The notes below the pieces were generated by a model. It was not told the DNA's origin. It worked only from the letters and a program-made list of their open reading frames with translations, and searched no databases. Below are positions 1 to 8,657 of a DNA stretch of 49,620 bases, one piece after another (positions within the stretch are counted from its first letter, which is position 1; the number at the start of each line of letters is the position of its first letter). The DNA is from Patescibacteria group bacterium UBA2105 (GTDB lineage: Bacteria > Patescibacteriota > Minisyncoccia > Phycocordibacterales > UBA2100). The position numbers and the translations under genes are program-made. The stretch is from positions 1 through 49,620 of the forward strand of contig DCYR01000006.1 of assembly GCA_002331495.1 (NCBI GenBank). The letters are read 5' to 3'.

Positions 1-3
1 CTC

Positions 4-846
4 GTGTCGGCGATTGCAGCAGTTCTGCAAGGAGCAAGTGAGTTGGTGGCTGCCAACGTTGTGGGCTCCAACATCGCTAACATCTTGCTCATCGTAGGTC
101 TCGCAGCCGCAGTGGGAGGAAAGCTGGCTGTGAGCAAAAATTTAATAGACCTTGACATCCCGCTACTAACAATAGCTACCGCGTTTGGTGTATTTGTTAT
201 GTATGACGGTATCGTGATGTCTACTGAGGCGCTCTTTCTTCTCGCTTCGTTCTTGGTGTTTCTTGTATATTCAACGAGGAATGGGGGGACTATAGACGAC
301 AGTGAGGACATACAACAATTATTCTCATTTGAACGTCGTCGTCCAAAGATAGGAATAACTAATGTGGGCGATGATCCCAAAATCAAAATGACCGAAAAGG
401 TTACTGTGCGAGATTTTGTCTGGCTATTCGTAGGGCTCGTTGCCTTAGTGGGAGGCGGTCGCTATTTGGTCGAGTCAGTGGTGCAAACATCCATGATATT
501 AAACATCGGAGTAGGCGTAATTTCATTAGTGGCGGTTGCAGTCGGCACCTCGCTGCCGGAACTAGCCGTTTCTATGAAGGCAGCCTTGCAGGCCAAACAC
601 GAAGTCGCACTTGGCAATATTTTTGGGTCGAACGTTTTCAATATACTCCTGGTACTTGGACTTCCCGGACTGTTCGCACCGCTCGTCGTGGATGACGCGA
701 CACTTGGGCTTGGTCTGTCCGTCATGGTGGTGGCAACTGTTTTTTTTATAATCTCCGGAATGTCCAAACGTATTCATTCGTACGAAGGCGCTCTGTACAT
801 ACTCGTATATGGGTTTTTCCTAGGAAAGCTGTTTGGTTTTTTCTAA
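4..846 (+). CDS. Ca2+/Na+ (CaCA/YrbG family) antiporter, probably 5'-truncated by the window edge
   Basis: Alpha-repeat motifs GSNIAN, GTSLPEL and GNIFGSN; many hydrophobic helices; frame open from window start. Confidence 0.9.
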   Translation: MSAIAAVLQGASELVAANVVGSNIANILLIVGLAAAVGGKLAVSKNLIDLDIPLLTIATAFGVFVMYDGIVMSTEALFLLASFLVFLVYSTRNGGTIDDSEDIQQLFSFERRRPKIGITNVGDDPKIKMTEKVTVRDFVWLFVGLVALVGGGRYLVESVVQTSMILNIGVGVISLVAVAVGTSLPELAVSMKAALQAKHEVALGNIFGSNVFNILLVLGLPGLFAPLVVDDATLGLGLSVMVVATVFFIISGMSKRIHSYEGALYILVYGFFLGKLFGFF

Positions 847-951
847 CATAAGATTATCGGCGTTATTATCCTAATCCTGTACATGTAATTTGTGTAGACA
901 GGCCAAGAAACTGTTGTAATTTCGACTTAAAACTATATACTCTCTTTCATC

Positions 952-1028
952 GGGCGTTTAGCTCAGTTGGCTAGAGCAACTCGTTTACACCGAGTAGGCC
1001 GGGGGTTCGAGTCCCTCAACGCCCACCA
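952..1028 (+). tRNA. tRNA-Val (TAC)
   Basis: Cloverleaf: acceptor GGGCGTT/AACGCCC, anticodon arm ACTCG-TTTACAC-CGAGT, T-loop TTCGAGT, encoded CCA. Confidence 0.97.
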
Positions 1029-1282
1029 ATATGGAACTTTGGGGTTCTAAGCCAACTTTGTCATGGGCTTTTCCTCTTTAGGCAGAAAATGGGGGCAAGA
1101 AAAAGGAAAAGAAGCAAAGACCATTTTGATTTTGCGGTCACGCCGTAGCGGAGCGGAGGCGTGGGGGTGCGTTAAACTCGAATGCGCACATAAAAGTACA
1201 AAGCCACCACGCGCTCCGCGCGTTGCTAGTGTTTAGATTGGAAATAGGTTCGAGCTTGGTACAATAGAGACACATAGAATGA

Positions 1283-1318
1283 CAAAGTCCCCGAGCGACT
1301 AGCTTGCGGGGCTTTTGT
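1283..1318. terminator. Hairpin with A/T tails, probable intrinsic terminator
   Basis: AAAGTCCCCG...CGGGGCTTTTG. Confidence 0.5.
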
Positions 1319-1475
1319 CGTTCTTGGGTGGTGTGGGGTGAGAAAGATGGAGTTTCACTTGACTCACATAAATATATATGCAAAGTTTTATTTAGGACAG
1401 TTCTTGTCCTGATATCTAGCGAGATGTTAGATAGTGTTTCAATCAACCGTGGCGAGATGTCACAAGGAGAAACCA

Positions 1476-2015
1476 ATGAAAAAGTTTTTTGACGCGGCAC
1501 AACCAAAAAGTAACAGGGACTTGATTCTTAAGGAGTATCCATTCCTACAACAATATATAGTTGGGGATCTAACTTCAATTCGGGTGGTTAAAATGACCAT
1601 GAAGCTCCTCAAATCCTACCCACATACCGAATGGTTTAATTCAAAAAATTCACGGAGCTCAGGGCCTTTTTATCACCGCATGATATTTTTACTTGGTACT
1701 GACGGTCACCAAATAGCGGCTGTTGAACCCAACAACGTGGTAAGACAAAAACAACTACGATTGTTCTCACCAAAGACATGGTTCCCGCTCAATGTTACAG
1801 GCCAAACTGTTTTCGAGGCCATAACGAGCCTAAGTGACCCAAATGACATTCGGTTCGTTGTTGAAGTCCGCCACTACCCTGAACAGGTTGTCGGTATGTC
1901 TCAAGACCCTGAGCAGGTCATCGTCCTCTTGCACAAAATTCCCAACAAGTCTTCAATGGTCGATTTTACGGGATTCCTTCTTGAAGAAGAAGTCTTGGGA
2001 GACCTCCCTTTGTAG
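1476..2015 (+). CDS. Hypothetical protein
   Basis: 179-aa ORF; AAGGAGA SD 5 nt before ATG 1476; no recognised motif. Confidence 0.7.
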   Translation: MKKFFDAAQPKSNRDLILKEYPFLQQYIVGDLTSIRVVKMTMKLLKSYPHTEWFNSKNSRSSGPFYHRMIFLLGTDGHQIAAVEPNNVVRQKQLRLFSPKTWFPLNVTGQTVFEAITSLSDPNDIRFVVEVRHYPEQVVGMSQDPEQVIVLLHKIPNKSSMVDFTGFLLEEEVLGDLPL

Positions 2016-2194
2016 ATTGTGGGGCTGAGTGCTATCGGTCGCGTGTGTACGCGGCCGATTTTATTTCCAGAAGTAAAGTCGCCTCCACGACCAGAGAATG
2101 CAGCTGGTTCCAACTTTTCTCCACAACATCCACACATGAACAAATGAGCCCAACACGATTAGTAGTGTTGGGTGATTTGGTTTATTGGGTGGTG

Positions 2195-2315
2195 TGAGAC
2201 TCGAAAGACGAAGTGTGAGCTTAGTGACTGGTGGTCGAGTCCCCCAAAGTTTAGTACTGACACCGAGTCCCGGCAGTCCAGTCTCCGTGTCGAATTAGTA
2301 CTGGCGCCGAGTCCC
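2195..2315. repeat. Three degenerate direct repeats TTAGT(G)ACTG-N4-5-CGAGTCCC, with a GAGACTCGA/TCGAGTCCC stem
   Basis: Copies at 2221-2243, 2251-2271 and 2295-2315. Confidence 0.6.
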
Positions 2316-2332
2316 TGCTACTATTGAATTTC

Positions 2333-3013
2333 ATGAGTGGAAAACCCCCACACTGTATTGGCATGATCATGGACGGCAATCGTCGGTGGGCACGCGAACG
2401 TGGACTACCAACACTAGAAGGTCATAAAAAAGGTCTTGGCAATTTTGACAAAATGACCCACTGGGTACGCGATGCAGGAGCCAAGCACTTGGTAGTGTAC
2501 GCGCTTTCTACCGAAAACTGGAATCGCAGTGAAAAAGAAGTCTCATACCTCATGGACCTCTTCCAGACAGCAATCAATGATGCCTTTGAACGACTGCAAG
2601 AGGAAGGGGTTCGACTTCACTTTGTGGGCGATCTTGCTCGCTTTCCTCAGAAGCTGCAAGAAAACTTCGCGCGCATAGAGAAAGAAAGTGAGGGAAACGA
2701 CGATTTTCATGTCTGGATATGTGCCTCATACGGCGGGCGACTTGAAATAACACGGGCCGCAAAAGATTTGGCCGATAAGGGAGAGAAGGTGACAGAGGAC
2801 TCACTAAGAGATGCAATGTGGAGCGCAGGAATGCCCGACCCGGACATCATTATTCGCACAGGGGGAGAAAAGCGACTTTCGAACTTCCTGCTCTGGCAGG
2901 CTGCATACTCTGAACTCTTTTTCTCCGACACCTACTGGCCGTCATTTACACAAGAGGAACTTCACGCAATACTCAAGGAATATGCAGAACGCGAACGACG
3001 ATACGGCAAGTAG
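2333..3013 (+). CDS. uppS: Polyprenyl (undecaprenyl) diphosphate synthase
   Basis: IMDGNRRWA, STENWNR and DIIIRTGGEKRLSNFLLWQ motifs. Confidence 0.97.
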   Translation: MSGKPPHCIGMIMDGNRRWARERGLPTLEGHKKGLGNFDKMTHWVRDAGAKHLVVYALSTENWNRSEKEVSYLMDLFQTAINDAFERLQEEGVRLHFVGDLARFPQKLQENFARIEKESEGNDDFHVWICASYGGRLEITRAAKDLADKGEKVTEDSLRDAMWSAGMPDPDIIIRTGGEKRLSNFLLWQAAYSELFFSDTYWPSFTQEELHAILKEYAERERRYGK

Positions 3014-3728
3014 CCCCACAATAATTTTTGAAGACGACGACATTTTGATTATCGACAAACCAGCAGGTTTGGTTGTGCATGGCGATGGGCGCACAGAGGA
3101 GCCGTCAGTGGCTGACTGGGTTCTAGAGAACTACCCTGAACTTAAAGAGGTCGGTGAGCCGTGGATGAACCAAGAGGGGCAAATGATTCCGCGACCAGGA
3201 ATCGTACATCGACTTGATCGCAATACGAGTGGAGTGATGGTATTGGCAAAGACACAAGAAGTTTTTGAATTCCTAAAGGAACAGTTTCAAGAAAGAAATG
3301 TAAAAAAGACGTATCGTGCGTGGGTGTACGGTGCCATGAAAGAAGATGAAGGAGAGATAGACCGACCCATAGGAAAGAGCAAGAAAGATTTTCGCAAGTG
3401 GTCAGCTCAGCCTGGCAGTCGTGGAGAACAGCGCGAAGCGCATACCGCATGGAGATTGCTCGAGACACGAGAAGAGGGAGGAGAAAAGTACTCTCTTCTT
3501 GAACTTAGACCAACCACAGGCCGCACACATCAACTACGCGTACACCTAAAGGCTATTCACCATCCGATAGTATGCGACAAGCTCTACGCGCCCAGGCGCA
3601 AATGCACGTTTGGCTTCGGGCGCTTGGCGCTCCACGCACATACCATCACTCTTCTTGCAAAGGGCAATAAGGAACAGAAATTTGAAGCCCCGTTACCCGC
3701 TGACTTTAAGGCGATTTCGGGCTCCTAG
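2982..3728 (+). CDS. RluA/RluD-family pseudouridine synthase (no S4 domain)
   Basis: DKPAGLVVH, GIVHRLDRNTSG (catalytic Asp) and TGRTHQLRVH motifs. Confidence 0.95.
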   Translation: MQNANDDTASSPTIIFEDDDILIIDKPAGLVVHGDGRTEEPSVADWVLENYPELKEVGEPWMNQEGQMIPRPGIVHRLDRNTSGVMVLAKTQEVFEFLKEQFQERNVKKTYRAWVYGAMKEDEGEIDRPIGKSKKDFRKWSAQPGSRGEQREAHTAWRLLETREEGGEKYSLLELRPTTGRTHQLRVHLKAIHHPIVCDKLYAPRRKCTFGFGRLALHAHTITLLAKGNKEQKFEAPLPADFKAISGS

Positions 3729-3770
3729 GCGTTGCCTACGTGGCTTACGTGTGGTAGAGTTGCGCGCATT

Positions 3771-4388
3771 ATGACCAACAATGTCGTAACAAGCCCGGTA
3801 GACATGAAGGAGCGAGCCGACCTTGGGATCAAGGCCGGGGACACCGTTCGTGTCTGGCAGAAAATTGAGGAAAAAGGCAAAACACGACTTCAGGCGTTCG
3901 AGGGCCTTGTGCTTGCGTGCAAACATGGCTCGGAAGCGGGAGGTACGTTTACTGTGCGAAAGGTTTCAAGTGGCGTGGGTGTAGAGAAAATCTTCCCGCT
4001 CTACTCACCAAATATTGATAAAATCGAGATTGTTAAGCGAGCTAAAGTGCGTCGCGCAAAGCTCTACTTCATTCGCGACAAGGTGGCTCGTGATCTTAAG
4101 CGCGTACTTCGTCGCACTGTAATGATGGGTGTTGCAACAAAGGGATCAGCTGAGCTTGAAGAAGAGCGCAAGAAGGCTGAAGAAGAGGAAGCGCAACGAC
4201 AGGCCGAGGAGAACAAGCGAGCTGAAGAGAAGGACCAGAACGAAGAGGTAGTCGAAGAAGAGGCTTCACAAGAGGCAGTGGAAGAGAAAGGCGAAGAACA
4301 GGTAGAAGAAACCAAGGAGGAGGAAAAGAAAGAGAAAGATAAGCCGGCAGACGAAGAGACAGAGACAGAAGAGAAAAAAGAAGGTTAA
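3771..4388 (+). CDS. rplS: 50S ribosomal protein L19 with long Glu/Lys-rich C-terminal tail
   Basis: [30 protein letters not shown] and KVRRAKLYF motifs. Confidence 0.97.
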   Translation: MTNNVVTSPVDMKERADLGIKAGDTVRVWQKIEEKGKTRLQAFEGLVLACKHGSEAGGTFTVRKVSSGVGVEKIFPLYSPNIDKIEIVKRAKVRRAKLYFIRDKVARDLKRVLRRTVMMGVATKGSAELEEERKKAEEEEAQRQAEENKRAEEKDQNEEVVEEEASQEAVEEKGEEQVEETKEEEKKEKDKPADEETETEEKKEG

Positions 4389-4413
4389 AAAAGAGCGCGG
4401 AGGCGCTCTTTTT
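4387..4413. terminator. Bidirectional intrinsic terminator between rplS and tRNA-Leu
   Basis: AAAAAAGAGCGC-GGAG-GCGCTCTTTTT. Confidence 0.8.
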
Positions 4414-4418
4414 GATAT

Positions 4419-4503
4419 TGGTGCCCAGGGCGGGACTCGAACCCGCACGCACGAAGTGCCATGGCCCTCAACCATGTGTGTATACCAATTCCACCACCTG
4501 GGC
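4419..4503 (-). tRNA. tRNA-Leu (GAG)
   Basis: Reverse complement gives acceptor GCCCAGG/CCTGGGC, anticodon arm CATGG-TTGAGGG-CCATG, long variable arm, TTCGAGT, CCA. Confidence 0.96.
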
Positions 4504-4681
4504 AACTAGTTGCGTATTCTAAACACTTTTGGAAACTTAGCAAACAAAAGATAAAAGCCCCGTTTCGCTAGCGCTGCATTGAGAGGCCCCTTCAGCGAGC
4601 AAGGGTGATATGTCATTGTAAGCTCCCGTTTTGGGTGTGATTGTTCGTGCCCAGGCGACTTTCTTTTTATGTATGGGTCAA

Positions 4682-4763
4682 GTATATATCCCCACACCTG
4701 TTTTTCTACGTGCACGAGGGGCACGGCCTTCCCATTTCTAGAAAAACGGGTGTGGGAGTATAC
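4682..4763. repeat. REP/MITE-like inverted-repeat element, copy 1 (slightly degenerate)
   Basis: CCCCACACCTGTTTTTCTA...TAGAAAAACGGGTGTGGGAGTATAC; homologous to 23126-23204. Confidence 0.85.
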
Positions 4764-4771
4764 TCTTGACT

Positions 4772-5329
4772 ATGGCACTTTACACTGGGAAGGGGGACAA
4801 AGGAACGACGAAGCTTTTCACCTCGAAGAATGGGGAACGCATTTCAAAGAGCGATCCAGTTTTTGAGGCTTTGGGAACTGTTGATGAGCTCAACACTATT
4901 TTAGGTTGGTGCCGGGTGGCCTGCCAGGTAGATTGGTTGGTTGGTGAGAAGAGTGCCAGTGCGATACTGCTCGATGTGCAACAACATATCTTTACAATCC
5001 AGGCTGAACTTGCTGGGGCGGAGAAGAGCATCCCTCCCGAGAACGTTGAGGAGTTAGAGAACCGCATCGCAGTTATTGAAAAGCAACTTCCGGAGATCAC
5101 CACCTTTTTTGTTCCAGGCGGCAGCGAGTTATCATCGAGGCTCGACATTGCACGTGCTGTGTCGCGCCGGGCCGAGCGGAGGCTCGTGAATCTGTCGGAG
5201 TCGGGCGAAGATATCTCCGAACATACACTTGTGTACGCAAATAGGCTCTCGTCGCTACTGTATGCTCTCGTTCGGTTTGTAAACCACATGAACGGAGACG
5301 AAGAAAGACAGCCCGAATACGTAGGATAA
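4772..5329 (+). CDS. PduO-type ATP:cob(I)alamin adenosyltransferase
   Basis: LYTGKGDKGTT, GTVDELN, ARAVSRRAER and NRLSS motifs. Confidence 0.93.
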   Translation: MALYTGKGDKGTTKLFTSKNGERISKSDPVFEALGTVDELNTILGWCRVACQVDWLVGEKSASAILLDVQQHIFTIQAELAGAEKSIPPENVEELENRIAVIEKQLPEITTFFVPGGSELSSRLDIARAVSRRAERRLVNLSESGEDISEHTLVYANRLSSLLYALVRFVNHMNGDEERQPEYVG

Positions 5330-5374
5330 TGGTAGTAGGCCTGTTTGTTGTTGCCCGCAACACAGAGTGCTACC

Positions 5375-5878
5375 ATGAGGTTGATGGTAATTGTTTCGTG
5401 TAAGCGATGTGGTGGTGATGTCAAAACAAAGCCCTCACACTTAGCTCTTGGGTTTGGTAAGTATTGTTCTCGTTCTTGTCATTCTAAGAACTCGAGAAGG
5501 GGGAAGGTTGTCCAGTGCGCAACTTGTGCAGCGGATACGTATAAGCGCCCCAAAGATTTGATTCGCTCGAAAAGCAAAAAATATTTTTGCAGTAAAAGCT
5601 GTCAGACACAGTGGCGAAATCAAATGTACGTTGGGAGAAGGCACTCGAATTACAGTACGGGAAAGGCTTCGTACCGATCTGTTCTTAGAAGATCGGGAGT
5701 TACGCAAGAATGCAGACGTTGTAAGATACGAGACGTGAGAATATTAGCTGTTCACCACATTGACAGAAACAGAAATAACAATTCCGTTGAAAACCTTATG
5801 TACCTATGCCACAATTGCCATCACCTCATTCACTGGTTTAGGAACGAGGAGGAAAAATTGATGGCGACTATGGTGTAA
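5375..5878 (+). CDS. Multi-zinc-finger HNH endonuclease (start may be 5384); 3' end overlaps tRNA-His
   Basis: CKRC, YCSRSC, CATC, FCSKSC, CRRC; HHIDRNRNNN...LCHNCH HNH motif. Confidence 0.85.
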   Translation: MRLMVIVSCKRCGGDVKTKPSHLALGFGKYCSRSCHSKNSRRGKVVQCATCAADTYKRPKDLIRSKSKKYFCSKSCQTQWRNQMYVGRRHSNYSTGKASYRSVLRRSGVTQECRRCKIRDVRILAVHHIDRNRNNNSVENLMYLCHNCHHLIHWFRNEEEKLMATMV

Positions 5879-5934
5879 TGGTAGCACTACTCCTTGTGGA
5901 GGAGTCAGTTCGGGTTCGAATCCCGATAGCCGCC
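5863..5934 (+). tRNA. tRNA-His (GTG), G-1 encoded, full CCA not encoded
   Basis: Anticodon arm ACTCC-TTGTGGA-GGAGT, TTCGAAT loop, C discriminator; acceptor GCGACTA/TAGCCGC with one A:C mismatch. Confidence 0.93.
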
Positions 5935-6198
5935 CAGACTGTATGGAAAAAGAGGCGAGCGTTTGGTTGCGTGGTAAAAGAGGAGATAGTGAAAACGCCA
6001 AACTCAAGAATTTAAAGCTAGTCGAAAGAGATTGCCCAAGCCATCTATGAGCAAAATCCTTTGGATTGGTGGAACAATCTTTGGGCGGATAAGAATAGAA
6101 GTTAATGGTTGACGAAGAGTTCCCCACAGTGTGCAGTTGTCAAAAATTACTCCGTGCTACACTTAGAGGTACATTATTAGCCTTGAGTATTAGTAAAT

Positions 6199-6591
6199 AT
6201 GGAAATTTCACTATTACTTGCACAGATCATGGGGCTCTACCTCCTTCTTGAAGGTCTTGTGGTGCTCACGCGGCGCAAGTTTGTGTTGAATATTGTAAAC
6301 GACATAAGTCGGCACAAGGCACTTATGTTCGTGACAGGAGCAATGGTTTTTATACTCGGTCTCCTTGTCGTACTCAGTCACAATGTGTGGGAAGCATCGT
6401 GGCGTGTCATCCCGACTATTATTGGGTGGGCAATGGTCGTCAAGGGTGTCGCAATATTCTTTGTGCCCAGGGTGGTCATGAATAAAGCAAAGAAGTTTGC
6501 TAAAAACCGCAACATGGCAGTGCTTGCAGGAATCATCGCAGTTGCTGTGGGAGCGTACCTTGTGTACGTAGGATTTGGTCTTGGAGCCTAA
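6199..6591 (+). CDS. Small integral membrane protein (about 4 TM helices)
   Basis: Four hydrophobic segments in 130 aa; followed by a terminator. Confidence 0.8.
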   Translation: MEISLLLAQIMGLYLLLEGLVVLTRRKFVLNIVNDISRHKALMFVTGAMVFILGLLVVLSHNVWEASWRVIPTIIGWAMVVKGVAIFFVPRVVMNKAKKFAKNRNMAVLAGIIAVAVGAYLVYVGFGLGA

Positions 6592-6614
6592 CTTTTTACA
6601 ACATTCTTGCAACC

Positions 6615-6642
6615 GAAAACGCGCCTGTATAGGCGCGTTTTC
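6615..6642. terminator. Intrinsic terminator
   Basis: GAAAACGCGCCT-GTAT-AGGCGCGTTTTC. Confidence 0.75.
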
Positions 6643-6693
6643 CACAGTAAGTAAGGATTGTCAAAGGAAGAGGGTCGTGTATGATATGAATAT

Positions 6694-7014
6694 ATGAGCA
6701 TGTATTCATATAGTAAGGCGGCTGCAAAGGGAGCGAGATGGGCACAGGAGACCGCCTCCGTTTTTAAAATCCTCTCTGACCCAACGCGATGCAAGATTCT
6801 TAAGCTCCTCGTTGAAAGCAGAGAGAGTATGTGTGTCAGTGAGATAGCCGAAGCGGTCGGTACCACGCATTCTGCTGCAAGCCATCAACTCAATGGACTA
6901 GAAACACGCGGAGTGCTGGTGAGTTTTCGCGAAGGCCAAACTATCTGCTATGAAATAGCTGACACACATATCGCGCGCAACATTGTGCGCATTTTAGAAG
7001 TTTTCTTCATGTAA
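6694..7014 (+). CDS. ArsR/SmtB-family transcriptional regulator
   Basis: FKILSDPTRCKIL, MCVSEIAE, SAASHQL and REGQTICY motifs. Confidence 0.93.
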   Translation: MSMYSYSKAAAKGARWAQETASVFKILSDPTRCKILKLLVESRESMCVSEIAEAVGTTHSAASHQLNGLETRGVLVSFREGQTICYEIADTHIARNIVRILEVFFM

Positions 7015-7015
7015 T

Positions 7016-8095
7016 ATGAACGCAAAACGCATTCAATTATATGCAGGAGCTGTTGCAATACTATTCATCAGCATCGCACTCGGGGCATGGTATTTCGAAG
7101 TAGATAAAACCGAATCACTGGCCCAAAATCCTAACAAGCTGCGACAAACTACGGCGGGAAAAACAATTCCGCAGCAAACCCAAAAAGACGGTAATACTGG
7201 CCCCCAAACAAAAACCACCTCCAGAAAAGAGGTGACGTTGTCTGTAGGAAGCCCAGGTGGAGTTTTTGAAGAAGTACCAGACAACGAAATTCTCTCGGGT
7301 GGTCCAGGCAAGGACGACATCCCTTCAATAGATAATCCTAAGTTTGTGTCAGTAAAGGAAGCCTCATTTCTAAATGATGATGAGTTCGGAATCGGTATTG
7401 TGGTAGATGACGTCGCGCGTTTCTATCCGTTTCAAATCCTCGTATGGCATGAAATAGTAAACGACTCTATAGCAGGGATGCCACTTGCGGTTACCTATTG
7501 CCCGCTGTGCCGTACCGGCGTTGCCTATGAGCGAAGCATCGGAGGTGAGGTGGTTGAATTTGGTGTTTCGGGCATGCTCTGGAAATCAAATCTTCTCATG
7601 TACAATCGCTCGGAGCCCGAATCACTGTGGTCGCAAGTTTTGGGACGTGCCGTTAAGGGCCCCCTCACAGGTACGCGACTCACCATTTACCCTTCCGATA
7701 CCGTGCAGTTTGGTGATTGGAAGCGAGCACACCCCAACACGCAAGTGCTCTCGCGCGACACTGGAGTATTTCGGCTTTACGGCACCGACCCGTACGGCGA
7801 CTACTACACGAACCGCGACGTTTCGTTCGGTGTGAGTTTTTCAGACACTCGGCTACATCCAAAGGAGTATGTATTCGGTATTGAGCGGGACGGAAAATTC
7901 AAAGCATATGTCGCTGATTCGCTACCAGTGGGTACAACCACTGACTTGTTCGCCGGCGCAACCATAACGATTGAAAAAAGTAGCACAGGCGAGGTTCGTA
8001 TGTTTGCCGATGGAGAACCTCTGCCAATTATCGGGGGGTTCTGGTTCTCGTGGCTGGCAGTTCACGAGAATACTGAATTATTCGATAATAACTAA
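7016..8095 (+). CDS. DUF3179-family membrane-anchored CxxC protein
   Basis: N-terminal TM; GGPGKDDIPSIDNP, WHEIVND, TYCPLC, FGVSG.L..SNL.MY and FWFSW motifs. Confidence 0.88.
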   Translation: MNAKRIQLYAGAVAILFISIALGAWYFEVDKTESLAQNPNKLRQTTAGKTIPQQTQKDGNTGPQTKTTSRKEVTLSVGSPGGVFEEVPDNEILSGGPGKDDIPSIDNPKFVSVKEASFLNDDEFGIGIVVDDVARFYPFQILVWHEIVNDSIAGMPLAVTYCPLCRTGVAYERSIGGEVVEFGVSGMLWKSNLLMYNRSEPESLWSQVLGRAVKGPLTGTRLTIYPSDTVQFGDWKRAHPNTQVLSRDTGVFRLYGTDPYGDYYTNRDVSFGVSFSDTRLHPKEYVFGIERDGKFKAYVADSLPVGTTTDLFAGATITIEKSSTGEVRMFADGEPLPIIGGFWFSWLAVHENTELFDNN

Positions 8096-8101
8096 CCGCT
8101 C

Positions 8102-8656
8102 ATGAAGCTTCCGTACGTTATAGGAACTATTCTACTCACCACTCTCGTCGGGGTGGCGCTGTTATTGCGAGAAGGACCGCCCGCAATCCCAGTTTCCGGC
8201 ACATCGTCATTCTCTTCAAGTACGCCCACAGGCATCTCGTCACTTGGAAGCGCTCCTGAAACAAATATACAACGACCGGACGGGAGTGAAGTCGCACTAA
8301 GCGAAATAATTGTACGCAATTCTGTGATTAACTCATGGGCAGCTTGGTGTCCGTTTTGTGTGAAGGAACTTGCTGATTTTGACGATGTGGCCGCAGCGCG
8401 CCAGGGCGAGGTAGACTTCCTCATCGTAAACCGTGGTGAGTCCATAGAAACCGGTTCCGCGTTTCTCGAAGGATTAGGGCTTGCCAACAACAGCATGAGG
8501 GTATTTTACGACGAGGATCAGTCTCTCTATCAGGCATTTGGTGGTTTCGCTATGCCTGAGACCGTGTTTGTTGATGCAGAGAGGCGGATACGCTTTCATA
8601 AGAGGGGGCCACTTACTAAAAAAGAACTCGAGGATATAGAAGACCTGGGTTGGTAG
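8102..8656 (+). CDS. TlpA/ResA-like membrane-anchored thioredoxin
   Basis: N-terminal TM, NSWAAWCPFC, cis-Pro motif MPETVFVD. Confidence 0.9.
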   Translation: MKLPYVIGTILLTTLVGVALLLREGPPAIPVSGTSSFSSSTPTGISSLGSAPETNIQRPDGSEVALSEIIVRNSVINSWAAWCPFCVKELADFDDVAAARQGEVDFLIVNRGESIETGSAFLEGLGLANNSMRVFYDEDQSLYQAFGGFAMPETVFVDAERRIRFHKRGPLTKKELEDIEDLGW

Positions 8657-8657
8657 T

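Noticed and set aside
2221-2315. Triple repeat as a mini-CRISPR
   Set aside because: Degenerate copies with irregular 7 and 23 nt spacers; no cas genes
2811-2981. Long N-terminus of the pseudouridine synthase ORF
   Set aside because: Lies inside uppS in another frame; homology starts near ATG 2982
4780-5424. Long antisense ORFs (also 8474-9232, 21695-22363, 25444-26031, 32602-33216, 35016-35666)
   Set aside because: Ser-rich shadows of well-supported genes on the opposite strand
5944-6051. 35-codon ORF after tRNA-His
   Set aside because: No SD, motif or other support
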